Below are positions 12,050 through 21,909 of a stretch of 64,000 bases of DNA, piece by piece (the stretch's first letter is position 1; every line of letters begins with the position of its first letter). The notes under the pieces are model-generated. The model was given only the letters and a program-made list of their open reading frames with translations, was not told the DNA's origin and ran no database searches. The DNA is from Candidatus Saccharimonadia bacterium (GTDB taxonomy: Bacteria; Patescibacteriota; Saccharimonadia; Saccharimonadales; JALRHH01): positions 199 through 64,198 of the forward strand of contig JALRHH010000002.1 in assembly GCA_023253175.1 (NCBI GenBank), written 5' to 3'. The translations under genes were made by a program, and so were the position numbers.

Positions 12050-13495
12050 TTATCCAACGACGGGTTCTTCGATACGAGGGAAAAGTGTACCATCGATTGG
12101 GCGAACAACGCCTTCTTCGAATACCTGCTTAATCTTAGTAGCTGCGTCCGGCAAGAATGGTAATAGCAATTCGGCAATCTCGAGCAAACAGCTCACCTGG
12201 TATGCCAATACTTCACGGAGATGATCAGTATCACCTGTTTTACTAATCTCCCAGGGCTTTGCTTCATCAATGTACTGGTTCAGTCCCCTGACCTGTTCCC
12301 AGACTTCGTCGAGTGCTCGGTCAAAACGGCACTGCTTCATTGCAGCATCGTATTCACCAACGTCGTGCTCTGCTTCTGGAATTGGACCAATCAGTCCGTT
12401 CTGATAGCGCTGGATCATAGCCGCGGTACGCTGGACAGCATTACCCAGCTCGTTACCGAGTTCGTTGTTGTACGCTTGGTGGAGACGTGCCCAACTGAAA
12501 TCACCGTCCTCATACGATGGGATATGACGGAGGAAATAATAACGGTACGCGTCGACACCATACGCATCGATCACCTGCTTTGGATGAATAACGTTACCAA
12601 GTGACTTACTCATCTTTTTGCCCTCAACGGTAATAAAGCCGTGCACAAAAAGCTGCTTTGGCAGTGGCAAACCAAGCGCCAGCAGCATTCCCGGCCAAAT
12701 TGCAGCATGGAATCTAATAATATCTTTACCAATTACCTGCACATTAGCTGGCCAGAACTCCTTAAAATCCTGGTGTTCCGGGTAACCAAGTACCGTAATA
12801 TAGTTCATCAGCGCCTCGAACCAGACATACATAACCTGCGTCTTGTCGCCCGGAACAGGTACACCCCAGCCGATCTTATCTTTCGGACGAGAGATACTAA
12901 TATCTTTCAAGCCGTCTTTGATCACACTGAGAATTTCTTGCTTGCGGGTTGCAGGCACGATATCAAACGAACCGTCTGTAATAGCCTTTTCAATCTGTCC
13001 GCTATAATTACTGAGCTTGAAGAAATAGTTTTCTTCTTCGATCTTTTCATATGGTCGATCGTGGTTTGGGCAGATACCACCATTTTCTTTTACAACTGCC
13101 TCTGTGAAGAAAGCTTCGTCGCCCGTACAGTACCAGCCCGTGTAAGAATCCTTGTAAATGTCCTTTTCAAGGTTTTTCCATATGATCGCTGCGCGCTGCT
13201 CGTGACCAGGATCGGTCGTACGAATAAAACGATCGTTGCTGACATGCGAAAGTGATGCCAATTCGCGGAACGGAGCGCTCATCTTGTCAGTAAATTCTTT
13301 TGTCGAGATACCAAGCTCGGCTGCCTTTTCTTCAATCTTGCCACCATGTTCGTCACTGCCGGTAGAGAAAATGACAGGCTTACCCTGCTGACGGGCCGCC
13401 CGGGCGAGTACATCTGCCTGCAGCAGCTCCATGCCGTAACCAATGTGGGGTTCGCCGTTTACATAGGGAATAGAAGTTGTGATGTAGTAGTTCAT
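12050..13495 (-). CDS. metG: methionyl-tRNA synthetase
   Basis: Class I signatures PYVNGEPHIGYG (HIGH) and KMSKSLGN. Start taken at MNYYITTSIPY (13495). Confidence 0.92.
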   Translation of the reverse strand: MNYYITTSIPYVNGEPHIGYGMELLQADVLARAARQQGKPVIFSTGSDEHGGKIEEKAAELGISTKEFTDKMSAPFRELASLSHVSNDRFIRTTDPGHEQRAAIIWKNLEKDIYKDSYTGWYCTGDEAFFTEAVVKENGGICPNHDRPYEKIEEENYFFKLSNYSGQIEKAITDGSFDIVPATRKQEILSVIKDGLKDISISRPKDKIGWGVPVPGDKTQVMYVWFEALMNYITVLGYPEHQDFKEFWPANVQVIGKDIIRFHAAIWPGMLLALGLPLPKQLFVHGFITVEGKKMSKSLGNVIHPKQVIDAYGVDAYRYYFLRHIPSYEDGDFSWARLHQAYNNELGNELGNAVQRTAAMIQRYQNGLIGPIPEAEHDVGEYDAAMKQCRFDRALDEVWEQVRGLNQYIDEAKPWEISKTGDTDHLREVLAYQVSCLLEIAELLLPFLPDAATKIKQVFEEGVVRPIDGTLFPRIEEPVVG

Positions 13496-13618
13496 TAGTA
13501 GTAGTGTACCTTTGTTTAAGAGATGAATCAAAGCCGGTCAAAGAAATAATATGCCCTAGGGCATCATCATAAACTGAGTAGCTGCATAGATCCTTTGCAT
13601 CGTAGGTCTAGTATAGCA

Positions 13619-13750
13619 CTAATCTGTTGGCTGGCTCGATAGGTGCCATAGATGGCAATAACGGCACTGGTACGCCTTCAGGCTTGCACCGTGCTGCCAG
13701 TCAGCCGCGAGCGCAGTCGACTGCGCATCTTTCTGATTATCAAACACCAT
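13619..13750 (-). CDS. possible small Cys-containing (zinc-ribbon-like) protein
   Basis: Track ORF 13619..13825 overlaps the trehalase 3' end, so the start is uncertain (M at 13789 or 13750). The C-terminal ...AYQCRYCHLWHLSS contains a CxxC. ORF-only evidence. Confidence 0.3.
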   Translation of the reverse strand: MVFDNQKDAQSTALAADWQHGASLKAYQCRYCHLWHLSSQPTD

Positions 13751-13775
13751 CTTTTCGGCGCACGGCAATGCGTCA

Positions 13776-15041
13776 CTATCTTCGTTCATCGATAAACTCC
13801 TGGCATAGCCGCTCGAATACGGCATTCGTCCAGCCGAAGCCAGTCTGGGACGGATACACGCCCTTCATTGGTGGCTTATCTGGCTGCACAACATTGTATT
13901 TCTCAAGAAACACGCCATGTTGATTAAACCAATCGAGATTTGTCTTGATCCACTTTCGGGCGATACGCTCTGCGTCAGCATGATAATCATAGCGCTGCAG
14001 ACCTTTTATGATCACGTAATGCAATGGTGCCCAGCCGTTCGGATACGCCCACTGAGTTGGCATGCGTCCTGGCACCATCTGATTAAGCTGCTGACTGTCA
14101 GTCGTCGACAAGCCACCGCGGTGTTCAAAACGACGAAGGGCACGCACCATTTGCCGCGCCTGCTTGTCGTCTGCAATACCGGCCCACATTGGATAAAAAC
14201 CAGCCAAGGATGCAACACTGCCGCGACGTTCTTTGGCGTAGTTATAATCAAAGTACATGCCACGAATATTGCTCCACATCAATTCATCAATAGATTCCTT
14301 ACGGTGAAATGCAGTATTTTCCCATTTGGCAGCCTCTCGCTTGTCATCAAAAATACGCTCTGCACGAGCAAAGTCGATTTCGTATTTGTATAGCAAACTA
14401 TTGAGGTCAACCGGCAGATAATTCAGCGCCTTACGGCTGAAACGCGGCGTCATATCCCAGCCGCTCTCTGCCTCTGCCAAATCATGCAGATAATTAATAT
14501 CGTAATAGCGCGACAATCCCCTATACACTAATCGTGCATTTGGCTTTACGCTACCCATCCAGACAGTCTGGTATTCATCTTTGGCAATATCGATCGCTGC
14601 TTTAAGCCACTTCTTATCAAGCTTGTAGCGGTCATAGAGTTCAAAAATAAACGTTGTTAGAAATGGGGGCTGTGATCGACCGGTCAGGTAAGCCCTCGAT
14701 GCATTTGGAATAATGCCGAGTCTTTTCTGCATTGCGAGCAAGTTCTCGAGCATACCTAGCACCAAATCCTTATGTCCGTCGTCCATCAGGCCAATTGCCA
14801 TGAAGTAGGTATCCCAGTAGTACATCTCATTAAAGTCAAACTCATGACCTTCCTCGTGGGCCGGCACAAGATAGGGCTTTGGCAAGCCGTACAAGCTATC
14901 GTCATCTTTTGGATGATGACGCTCTAATTTCTGCCAATACTGAGCTATATACTGTCTGGCCTCCGCAACATCTGCGGCAGTCAGATCTTCACTGCGGCGA
15001 AAGATTTTTTTCACCAAGGAGCCGGGGTTCTTTTTGATCAT
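13776..15041 (-). CDS. trehalase (glycoside hydrolase family 37)
   Basis: Both GH37 signature blocks are present: FNEMYYWDTYF and PTQWAYPNGWAPL. Confidence 0.85.
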   Translation of the reverse strand: MIKKNPGSLVKKIFRRSEDLTAADVAEARQYIAQYWQKLERHHPKDDDSLYGLPKPYLVPAHEEGHEFDFNEMYYWDTYFMAIGLMDDGHKDLVLGMLENLLAMQKRLGIIPNASRAYLTGRSQPPFLTTFIFELYDRYKLDKKWLKAAIDIAKDEYQTVWMGSVKPNARLVYRGLSRYYDINYLHDLAEAESGWDMTPRFSRKALNYLPVDLNSLLYKYEIDFARAERIFDDKREAAKWENTAFHRKESIDELMWSNIRGMYFDYNYAKERRGSVASLAGFYPMWAGIADDKQARQMVRALRRFEHRGGLSTTDSQQLNQMVPGRMPTQWAYPNGWAPLHYVIIKGLQRYDYHADAERIARKWIKTNLDWFNQHGVFLEKYNVVQPDKPPMKGVYPSQTGFGWTNAVFERLCQEFIDERR

Positions 15042-15094
15042 ATAACTAGCCTACGGCAAACGCAGACAAGCGGTCAAGATCGTAGGTGGGAAAA

Positions 15095-16321
15095 TTATCG
15101 TACAGACACGAATGTCAACGCGTGACCAACGCGGCCCGCACGTCCGGCGCGGCCGATTCGGTGTACGTAGTCTTCGTATGACTGAGGAGTCGAGAAGTTA
15201 ATAACGTGTGTAACGTCAGCGACATCAATACCACGGGCCGCAACGTCTGTCGCAACGAGGATTGAGATATCGCTCTTCTTGAACTTCTGCAGTGCGCGCT
15301 GACGCTGTCCCTGGTTCTTACCACCGTGGATTGCATCAGCCTTGAAACCGCGCTCTACGAGCTCGTCGCTCAGACGTTCTACACTTCGCTGCGTATCGTC
15401 AAAGATAATAACTTTTTCAACTGCTTCGTCCAATAGGATATTGTGAAGCTGGATAATCTTATCACCAGTTGTTTCGTATGCAACGATATCCTGGTGCACG
15501 TTCTCGCTCGTTTCACCCTGCTTCACAGATACACTCACTGGTTCAGTAGAGAAACGGTCAATAAGATCACGAACCTTGCGGTCCATTGTTGCAGAGAAGA
15601 AGAGTGACTGACGATCAGCAGGCATACCACTGAGGATCTCAGTCATGTCGTTAATGAATCCCATGTCGAGCATTCGGTCGACTTCGTCTAAGACAACCGT
15701 ATCGAAATCAGAAAGATCAAGCGTACCGCGTTCCATGTGGTCCTTGATACGACCTGGCGTACCAATCACAACCTGAGGGTTCTCACGAAGGTCACGGAGC
15801 TGAGGGCCCATTGAAGCACCACCAATAAGTAAGGCACCGCGGAGACGGCTTCCCTTGCCAATTTCACGGCATTCTTGTTCAATTTGCTGCGCCAGCTCAC
15901 GGGTCGGCGCCATAATAATTGCACGGCTACCCGGCAAAAGCATCAGCTTGTTGATCATAGGAATCGCAAATGCAGCTGTTTTACCGGTACCAGTATTAGC
16001 GATACCAATCAGGTCGCAGCCCGTCAAAATAACTGGGATAGCCTGGTCCTGAATTGGGGACGGTGTCTCGAATCCCTTATTTTTAAGGTTAGTCTTAATA
16101 AGATCGGCGACCATGAAATCGTCAAACTTATGTGTAGGCACATATTCCTCACGTTCTACTGGCTTTGCAGCCTGCACAAAACGAGATGGGTGAATATAGT
16201 CCTTTTTAGGGCCGCGGCGATTGCCACCCGTGTTACGACGACGGTTGCCCCCAAAACTCTGTCCGCCACTACGGCGGGTATTAGTACGGTTAAATGACCG
16301 TGTTTTAGTCTGATAAGGCAT
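15095..16321 (-). CDS. DEAD-box ATP-dependent RNA helicase
   Basis: Q-motif FETPSPIQ, motif I ANTGTGKT, PTRELA, DEVD, SAT and HRIGRAGRAG. Arg/Gly-rich N-terminal tail. Confidence 0.92.
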   Translation of the reverse strand: MPYQTKTRSFNRTNTRRSGGQSFGGNRRRNTGGNRRGPKKDYIHPSRFVQAAKPVEREEYVPTHKFDDFMVADLIKTNLKNKGFETPSPIQDQAIPVILTGCDLIGIANTGTGKTAAFAIPMINKLMLLPGSRAIIMAPTRELAQQIEQECREIGKGSRLRGALLIGGASMGPQLRDLRENPQVVIGTPGRIKDHMERGTLDLSDFDTVVLDEVDRMLDMGFINDMTEILSGMPADRQSLFFSATMDRKVRDLIDRFSTEPVSVSVKQGETSENVHQDIVAYETTGDKIIQLHNILLDEAVEKVIIFDDTQRSVERLSDELVERGFKADAIHGGKNQGQRQRALQKFKKSDISILVATDVAARGIDVADVTHVINFSTPQSYEDYVHRIGRAGRAGRVGHALTFVSVR

Positions 16322-16591
16322 AAAAATAGAATCCTTTTGGTTTGTAGGAATTTCGAATATCCTGGCTTCTAAGGCAAAACTGTCTGACTACGTTTCTTAC
16401 GTTCTATGCCAGGTAGATTGTCTTGATCAAGAGAAACTTGATGATCGGTACGTTCCTGATTAATACATTGATTGTCGATATGAATTCAAGGAAATTAATC
16501 TACGAACAGACCCGGATTCATCAATAACAATACTCTAATATTAGCACAAACCGTTCTAAAAGTCAATCGAGACCATGCAAATTTTCATCTA

Positions 16592-17155
16592 TTAGCAGTT
16601 AATGCTCTTAAGCTGATTCTTGAGCTGCTGGGTAAGCTGGGCAATAATCAAATCGTGTCTTTTTGTCTCGAGAGATTGGGCAGCTTTCTGTTTAGTACTA
16701 AATGATAGATTGGCGCTACTGTATTTATTTATAATGGATTGCTGGGCTTCTTTGTAACGCGTATCTTCTGCCGCTTGTTTGGCGGTATTTTCACTGAGAT
16801 ATAGCTGTTTAAGCTTTTGGCAGGCGGTCTGATAGGTTGACTCAGTATTAGATGGCATAGCCTGTTCGGCGCTCGTGACGGCTTTTGACGGCTCTACTGC
16901 AATCAGTTCTGTTTGCGAAAGCTCTACTTTGTCTGTTTCCTGGAGTTGTTCTGCCTTCACCTGGCCTGATGTGTCATGTTTGGTTTGTGTAGACGAAGAT
17001 ATATTGGTTTGATGAAATCTCGCAAAGATAATTGCACCAAATGCCAAAATACCAATCACCATAAACAGCAAAAAACCCATGCTGTGCAAGCTTTTTTTCT
17101 GCAGCATACGCGGAAAGTGCCTTCGTTTAACGTTTAAAAAATACCATAAGCCCAA
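16592..17155 (-). CDS. membrane-anchored hypothetical protein
   Basis: One TM helix (GFLLFMVIGILAFGAIIFA) followed by a Gln/Ala/Ser-rich helical region. The start may be the internal Met at 17107. Confidence 0.5.
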   Translation of the reverse strand: MGLWYFLNVKRRHFPRMLQKKSLHSMGFLLFMVIGILAFGAIIFARFHQTNISSSTQTKHDTSGQVKAEQLQETDKVELSQTELIAVEPSKAVTSAEQAMPSNTESTYQTACQKLKQLYLSENTAKQAAEDTRYKEAQQSIINKYSSANLSFSTKQKAAQSLETKRHDLIIAQLTQQLKNQLKSINC

Positions 17156-17245
17156 AGCAAATTTAGTGAAATAAATTACAATCTTTTAGAAAGAAGCATC
17201 ATTGTAAATGTAACTTACGAAAGGTTAGATGCACTGGGTATGCAG

Positions 17246-17518
17246 TTATTGGGCCTTCTGCTCAGCAACGATTGTCTCTATAAACGCTATTTCAGCGAGA
17301 TGTTCGTCAGCTTTTACTCGCTGCTCGGCTATCATCTGCTCGGCATTTTCTGCTACAAATTGCTCATAATCTTCAGCTACCAACCGATCGAAAAGCTCTT
17401 GTATAGTTTTGCCGTCAAGCTGACATAGTCTTGGAATCCACCGGGCAGTGCTAGGCCTCATACGTACGTTTACCTGCCGGGTAAACTTCTCGTCGCCAAA
17501 TTCATTACTCTTCAACAT
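17246..17518 (-). CDS. hypothetical protein (90 aa)
   Basis: ORF only, with an acidic helical C-terminus. Track ORF 17240..17428(+) is antisense to it. Confidence 0.4.
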   Translation of the reverse strand: MLKSNEFGDEKFTRQVNVRMRPSTARWIPRLCQLDGKTIQELFDRLVAEDYEQFVAENAEQMIAEQRVKADEHLAEIAFIETIVAEQKAQ

Positions 17519-17641
17519 AAATATTACATTACCATTTTTTCATCCATATGTCTAACTGGCAAAAACGTCATGGCGACAATTAGAATCCACGATCAACACA
17601 TCATACTGCGCTGTCGTGTTGACTTTTAAATCCAACGGCTA

Positions 17642-18586
17642 CTACTCGGTCATGCTCTGGGCTGCTGCTAGATAATCATTCAGGATAGCTTCGACTTCGG
17701 GCGGAGTAAGCTTGCTACCACCAACACGCGGGCTACCACCAATGATCGTAGCACCTCCCCACTTATCATCAGTGGCACCTTCCGCTTCATTCAGTCTTGC
17801 GATAAGTGACGGAATGTCAAAAGGTATAAATTCTGATTTCCTACCAATCGTATAGCGCCATTTTCCACCGGCTAGCTCTTGCGCCGCCACGTACGCATCC
17901 ACGCCGTCGACTAGGGCACCTACCCTACCGTCCTTGCCTAATTCCTGTATCATACTCCATGTTTTGCCGCCACCAATCCTCTTGTATCTCGTATCCAATT
18001 CTATAGATTCACCACGGCCCATTAAATGCTGAGAAATACGACTTTCTACACTTTGTATAACCGAACGATATTGCCCATTGTCCTTTTTAGCCATCTCGCC
18101 ACTGGCCCGAAACAGCGTATAAGGCTCGAATACCCATGCCAATTCACCAATGATTTTCAGATTCTTATCATACGGAAAGGCACCAGCAGTAACATCTAAA
18201 GTCCCCGCAACATTGATAAACCTGTTCAAAGCCGGAGAAGGATTTTTTGTTTGGCTCATATTGTTGAGCAGAAACCATGCGGCGCACACATCTTGGTCAC
18301 AGTCATTTACAAACACCTTCGGCGCAAAGACACCCTCAGGGCTAAATGCCTTATCTAGTCCCATTCGGGTGTACATCAGTATCTGTTGGGCAGTCGAGAG
18401 TGTAGCCAGCCTATCAACATCTTCGTGGTGATTGGCATTTAAGTATGGTCCTTCTGCATTATACCGGGGCACACCCGAAACATATCCGTCTAAGGCAATA
18501 GACCCTACTGGATGGGTTACTATAAACTCATCCCAATTTACTGGAGGAACTTCTGATCTAACATGCAGTTCAGCACTCATAAGCAC
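17642..18586 (-). CDS. hypothetical protein (314 aa)
   Basis: Long ORF with no shadow competitors. Contains a His/Asp cluster (NANHHEDVD ... NDCDQD) that could bind metal. No family recognised. Confidence 0.55.
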   Translation of the reverse strand: MLMSAELHVRSEVPPVNWDEFIVTHPVGSIALDGYVSGVPRYNAEGPYLNANHHEDVDRLATLSTAQQILMYTRMGLDKAFSPEGVFAPKVFVNDCDQDVCAAWFLLNNMSQTKNPSPALNRFINVAGTLDVTAGAFPYDKNLKIIGELAWVFEPYTLFRASGEMAKKDNGQYRSVIQSVESRISQHLMGRGESIELDTRYKRIGGGKTWSMIQELGKDGRVGALVDGVDAYVAAQELAGGKWRYTIGRKSEFIPFDIPSLIARLNEAEGATDDKWGGATIIGGSPRVGGSKLTPPEVEAILNDYLAAAQSMTE

Positions 18587-18667
18587 ACTGTAACATATTT
18601 ATATATGTGCAGATAAGTCATGAACCCTATGAGGGACGGCTACAAAAATGTCCGCAGGATATCCTGG

Positions 18668-18745
18668 CCCTCACGGGCAGTACCCTCAGATACTCACCAA
18701 AGTAAAAAGCCCATCCTATGATGAGCCTTTTACTTTGGTGGAGCT
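18668..18745. repeat. 78-bp direct repeat, copy A (duplicate of tmRNA 3' tip plus its terminator and downstream sequence)
   Basis: ccctcacgggcagtaccctcagatactcaccaaagtaaaaagcccatcctatgatgagccttttactttggtggagct matches 19698..19775 with 3 mismatches by hand alignment. Confidence 0.9.
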
Positions 18746-18897
18746 TATAGATAAAAGTTGGCATTTATTTGAAGCAGAACTGGGGAGATTGAGAGATTTA
18801 ATGCCCTACGGCGTATGGGAACAAACTCCTATAGTATGCCTGGGGATTAGAGCGCTAAAAAGGGGCTTATGTGTACTGTCATTAAACGAGATCTGAA

Positions 18898-19509
18898 TTA
18901 ATACAAACTATCAAGATCAGCTATAGACTCTCGAATTTGCCTAAGCATTTCATCTTGGTTGAAGCTACGCGGTGCAGAGCTAGGGTCATTAATAAACCCG
19001 TGTGCTCGTTCTATATACTCGCCTACACGACGATTCCGCAGTGTAGTCTTGAGGCTCTGGAGACTAAAAAGTCCTTCTCCTGACGTACCGAGACGAGTCC
19101 AACCCTTAACTTCAATACAGCCCTGATAGTTACCCTCTTCATCTCTGGCGCTTACATTACAAGTTTCAATGTAAGGAAAGTAGTCTCCATCTGAAAGGAA
19201 GATATCAAGCAAGCGATTGATACGCCTGAGCTCTACGTGTGCGGATTCCATTACTTCGCTAGCTTTTCGATCAGGGTCTACTACAGCGTAACCTTTAACT
19301 AGGCTATATACGTAAGATTGGATTTGGTAAGGACCTATGCCCTGCTGCAAATACCACGAGACTACCTCTCTGTCCTGCTCATCAAGCCCTCTGAAGAAAG
19401 TCTCTGCTCTCCCCCCCCCTGAATAATCGGGTATGCCAGAAAGAACCATGCTCGCTGTGTTATGAGCGTCCTGCGGGCGTTCTTGGGGATTTTCGATGCC
19501 TACTGTCAT
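18898..19509 (-). CDS. hypothetical protein (203 aa) bracketed by the 78-bp repeats
   Basis: Clean ORF with no recognised motif. It is the only gene between repeat copies A and B. Confidence 0.55.
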   Translation of the reverse strand: MTVGIENPQERPQDAHNTASMVLSGIPDYSGGGRAETFFRGLDEQDREVVSWYLQQGIGPYQIQSYVYSLVKGYAVVDPDRKASEVMESAHVELRRINRLLDIFLSDGDYFPYIETCNVSARDEEGNYQGCIEVKGWTRLGTSGEGLFSLQSLKTTLRNRRVGEYIERAHGFINDPSSAPRSFNQDEMLRQIRESIADLDSLY

Positions 19510-19697
19510 AAAGTTATATCATATAACATATATTCGTAATTTGTAAATGATTGGCAAAACAAAAACCTCTGTGTTAACAGGGTTTAAAGTGCTTATGGTG
19601 GGCACGAACTCTTATTGATCCGCTCGGCAACATTTTGCCAAGCCAAAATGCTCGCAGGGCAAGCAAGGAAAACTCAAACTGCCGCTGGCAGTTCTCA

Positions 19698-19775
19698 CCC
19701 TCACGGGCAGCACCCTCAGATATTTACCAAAGTAAAAAGCCCATCCTATGATGAGCCTTTTACTTTGGTGGAGCT
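19698..19775. repeat. 78-bp direct repeat, copy B (native tmRNA 3' tip plus terminator)
   Basis: Overlaps the last 10 nt of ssrA (AGCTCCACCA on the minus strand) and the terminator hairpin. Confidence 0.9.
19727..19765 (-). terminator. intrinsic terminator of ssrA
   Basis: Minus strand AAAAGGCTCATC-ATAG-GATGGGCTTTTT followed by ACTTTGG, directly after the encoded CCA. Confidence 0.7.
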
Positions 19776-20148
19776 GGTGGGTACTGCCCCCACGTCCGCT
19801 AGTTCAACTGATTAGTCTGTCCTACAGGTTTAGGCTATTTAATCACTTCTACAGCTGATAATAGCCAAAACGCAGTAGAAGTTTGATTCTTGTCTTAAGC
19901 CAACTTCGAATCAAGAGTTAGCAGCGTCCAGAAAAATATAAAACGCTATTGTACTATCTGGCATCGAACAAAAGCATTGCTGTTAATTAAATTAAGCAGC
20001 TAGCGCAAAGGCTGCGCGACGTCCGAGAACGTTGTCAACCATTGCTGTAAGTGAATCTTTTGCATCTATTCAGATGTATCTATGACGCTGATAAGCGACC
20101 TGCTGATCTAACCGTTAAAGTCCAACGTCGAGCTTAAAATTCAGCCCC
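19766..20148 (-). ncRNA. ssrA: tmRNA (SsrA)
   Basis: Minus strand begins GGGGCTGAATTTTAAGCTCGACG and ends GGACGTGGGGGCAGTACCCACCAGCTCCACCA. The acceptor stem GGGGCTG/CAGCTCC includes the G3:U wobble used by AlaRS. An internal reading frame ...GTT CTC GGA CGT CGC GCA GCC TTT GCG CTA GCT GCT TAA gives a tag ending ...LGRRAAFALAA-stop. Confidence 0.9.
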
Positions 20149-20210
20149 GTATCATCGACTAAACTGTACTTTAGTCGAATCTCTACTATAACAGATTTAC
20201 ATGCAAAATG

Positions 20211-20642
20211 CTAGTGCTCTCGCTGACAAATAGAGGTGTGTACGGTTGCAAGCAGATCACTGAGCTGCTGTTGCTGTTTTTCTGATAATCCAGCAAATAC
20301 TGGCGCATGATAGTTATTTAAAATCTCAAGTGATCTATCAATAACTTTCGTGCCCTTGGCCGTAAGGTATGTCAGATGTTCGCGGCGGCTACGCGGACTA
20401 ACCTGACTACTAGCTAAACCACCATCAATGAGTAATTTTATCTGACGACTCACACTTGCCTCGGTCTGTCCAAGTCGCTCTGCAAGCGTTTTCTGACGCA
20501 CGCCAGGAGATTCCTGAAGGATAAGTAAAATCTTGAACTGAGAGAATCCGATACCAAGCTGCTCCAAGAGAACCTGGTCGGAGTTACGTGCCAGGACCGA
20601 CGTAATATGATGGAGTAAATAACCAACATTTTGGCTGCTCAT
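20211..20642 (-). CDS. MarR-family transcriptional regulator
   Basis: 143 aa. Winged-helix segment RQKTLAERLGQTEASVSRQIKLLIDGGL and a typical MarR length. Confidence 0.75.
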   Translation of the reverse strand: MSSQNVGYLLHHITSVLARNSDQVLLEQLGIGFSQFKILLILQESPGVRQKTLAERLGQTEASVSRQIKLLIDGGLASSQVSPRSRREHLTYLTAKGTKVIDRSLEILNNYHAPVFAGLSEKQQQQLSDLLATVHTSICQREH

Positions 20643-20683
20643 ATAAACACTTTACTTGTTAAGTATTAACAAAGCAAGTGTTG

Positions 20684-21478
20684 CTACTGGGCGCGATTAG
20701 ACACTACTTTATACAGTGAGTACCATTCCTGAAGTGATAGTTCCTGTGGCCTTGCTGTTGGTTTGATTGTTGCCTGATCAAGGATTTCTTGCACTGCCGG
20801 CTTAGCAAGTTGCAGCCCCCCATTTAATGAATTAAGCAGCGTTTTACGGCGATTACTAAATCCGGCTTTTACTAATCTAAAGAATTGCTTGACGTCTACA
20901 TCAGGGAATAATGGCTCATTCCTACGATTTAAAATAAGGATCTGTGAATCAACCTTTGGCGGGGGTGTAAATAAATGAGCTGGCATGACGAGACCGAGTG
21001 ACGCCTCCCAATAATACTGGGCAGTTACAGAAAGTAAAGACATGCTGCCTGGCTTTGCGGCAACGCGTTCGGCAACTTCTTTTTGAATCAAAATAGCAGC
21101 CGCTACGGGCGGATTACTACTTTCGGAAAGGACCCTTATAAGATTACTGGTAAGGTAATACGGGATATTTGCGACGAGTTTGTAACCAGCAGGTAGTGAG
21201 GTTAGATCGAAGCTCAGAATATCTTGTTCAACAACTTCTAGATTACTTTCCGGGACACGACCAGGTAGTTCTTTGGCAAGCTTCTTGTCAAATTCAACAG
21301 CAATAACCCTATCAGCCCGTTCGCACAACAGCTCCGTCAGTGTTCCAAGCCCAGGCCCAACCTCAAGTACCGTGTCACCGTCCTTAACATCAACCGCCTC
21401 ACACATAGCAGACAAACTCATAAAATCAGTCAGCCAGTGCTGGCCGAGACTTTTGTTAGCGTACGGTAGTTCTTTCAT
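20684..21478 (-). CDS. rsmA: 16S rRNA (adenine1518/1519-N6)-dimethyltransferase
   Basis: LGQHWL, SAM motif VLEVGPGLGTLT and ANIPYYLT. Confidence 0.9.
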   Translation of the reverse strand: MKELPYANKSLGQHWLTDFMSLSAMCEAVDVKDGDTVLEVGPGLGTLTELLCERADRVIAVEFDKKLAKELPGRVPESNLEVVEQDILSFDLTSLPAGYKLVANIPYYLTSNLIRVLSESSNPPVAAAILIQKEVAERVAAKPGSMSLLSVTAQYYWEASLGLVMPAHLFTPPPKVDSQILILNRRNEPLFPDVDVKQFFRLVKAGFSNRRKTLLNSLNGGLQLAKPAVQEILDQATIKPTARPQELSLQEWYSLYKVVSNRAQ

Positions 21479-21510
21479 CCCCAGTATTGTACCAGTTCCC
21501 TTTACCAGAA

Positions 21511-21789
21511 TTAGTATCCATACTGTTTTGGTGGTTCAGCTGGTAGCGAATCGGGCAAGTCCACTTCCTCATTTACCTTAACAATATTAGCAAGTCCCCT
21601 AAGAGACAGAACCCTTAGGTCCATTCCTGCGATAATCCATGCACTAAACTCTTCATAGTCCATATTAAATACCCCAGGACCCTCAGACCATAACTCTACG
21701 ACACCTACCGTTTGTTCATCTTTTGACCCAATCCAGTCTACTATTCGTTCCAGTGGGTGCCGCTCCGCATGCTCCATACCGTCAACCAT
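21511..21789 (-). CDS. hypothetical protein (92 aa)
   Basis: ORF only. Confidence 0.4.
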   Translation of the reverse strand: MVDGMEHAERHPLERIVDWIGSKDEQTVGVVELWSEGPGVFNMDYEEFSAWIIAGMDLRVLSLRGLANIVKVNEEVDLPDSLPAEPPKQYGY

Positions 21790-21909
21790 AACGTTCTCCT
21801 ACCTATGTTTAATAGTAAAAACCTATATTTTATATAATGCAAGCATAAGGATAATCTCAAAATTATATATCTTTGTCAGGAAAAGCAATCCGAGACTTTG
21901 GCTACACCA

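Noticed and set aside
13532-13618. Perfect 14-nt palindrome ATGCCCTAGGGCAT (13551-13564) upstream of metG, considered as a T-box, riboswitch or operator.
   Set aside because: It is too short and isolated, with no T-box specifier or antiterminator features. It may act as a weak terminator for the upstream genes, but this cannot be supported further.
18648-19815. Two track ORFs (18648..18896 and 19615..19815) share the peptide ...HGQ(Y/H)PQI(L/F)TKVKSPSYDEPFTLVEL and looked like a small paralogous protein family.
   Set aside because: The shared segment is the 78-bp DNA repeat made of the tmRNA 3' tip and its terminator hairpin. The similarity stops where the repeat stops, and ORF 19615..19815 runs antisense into ssrA.
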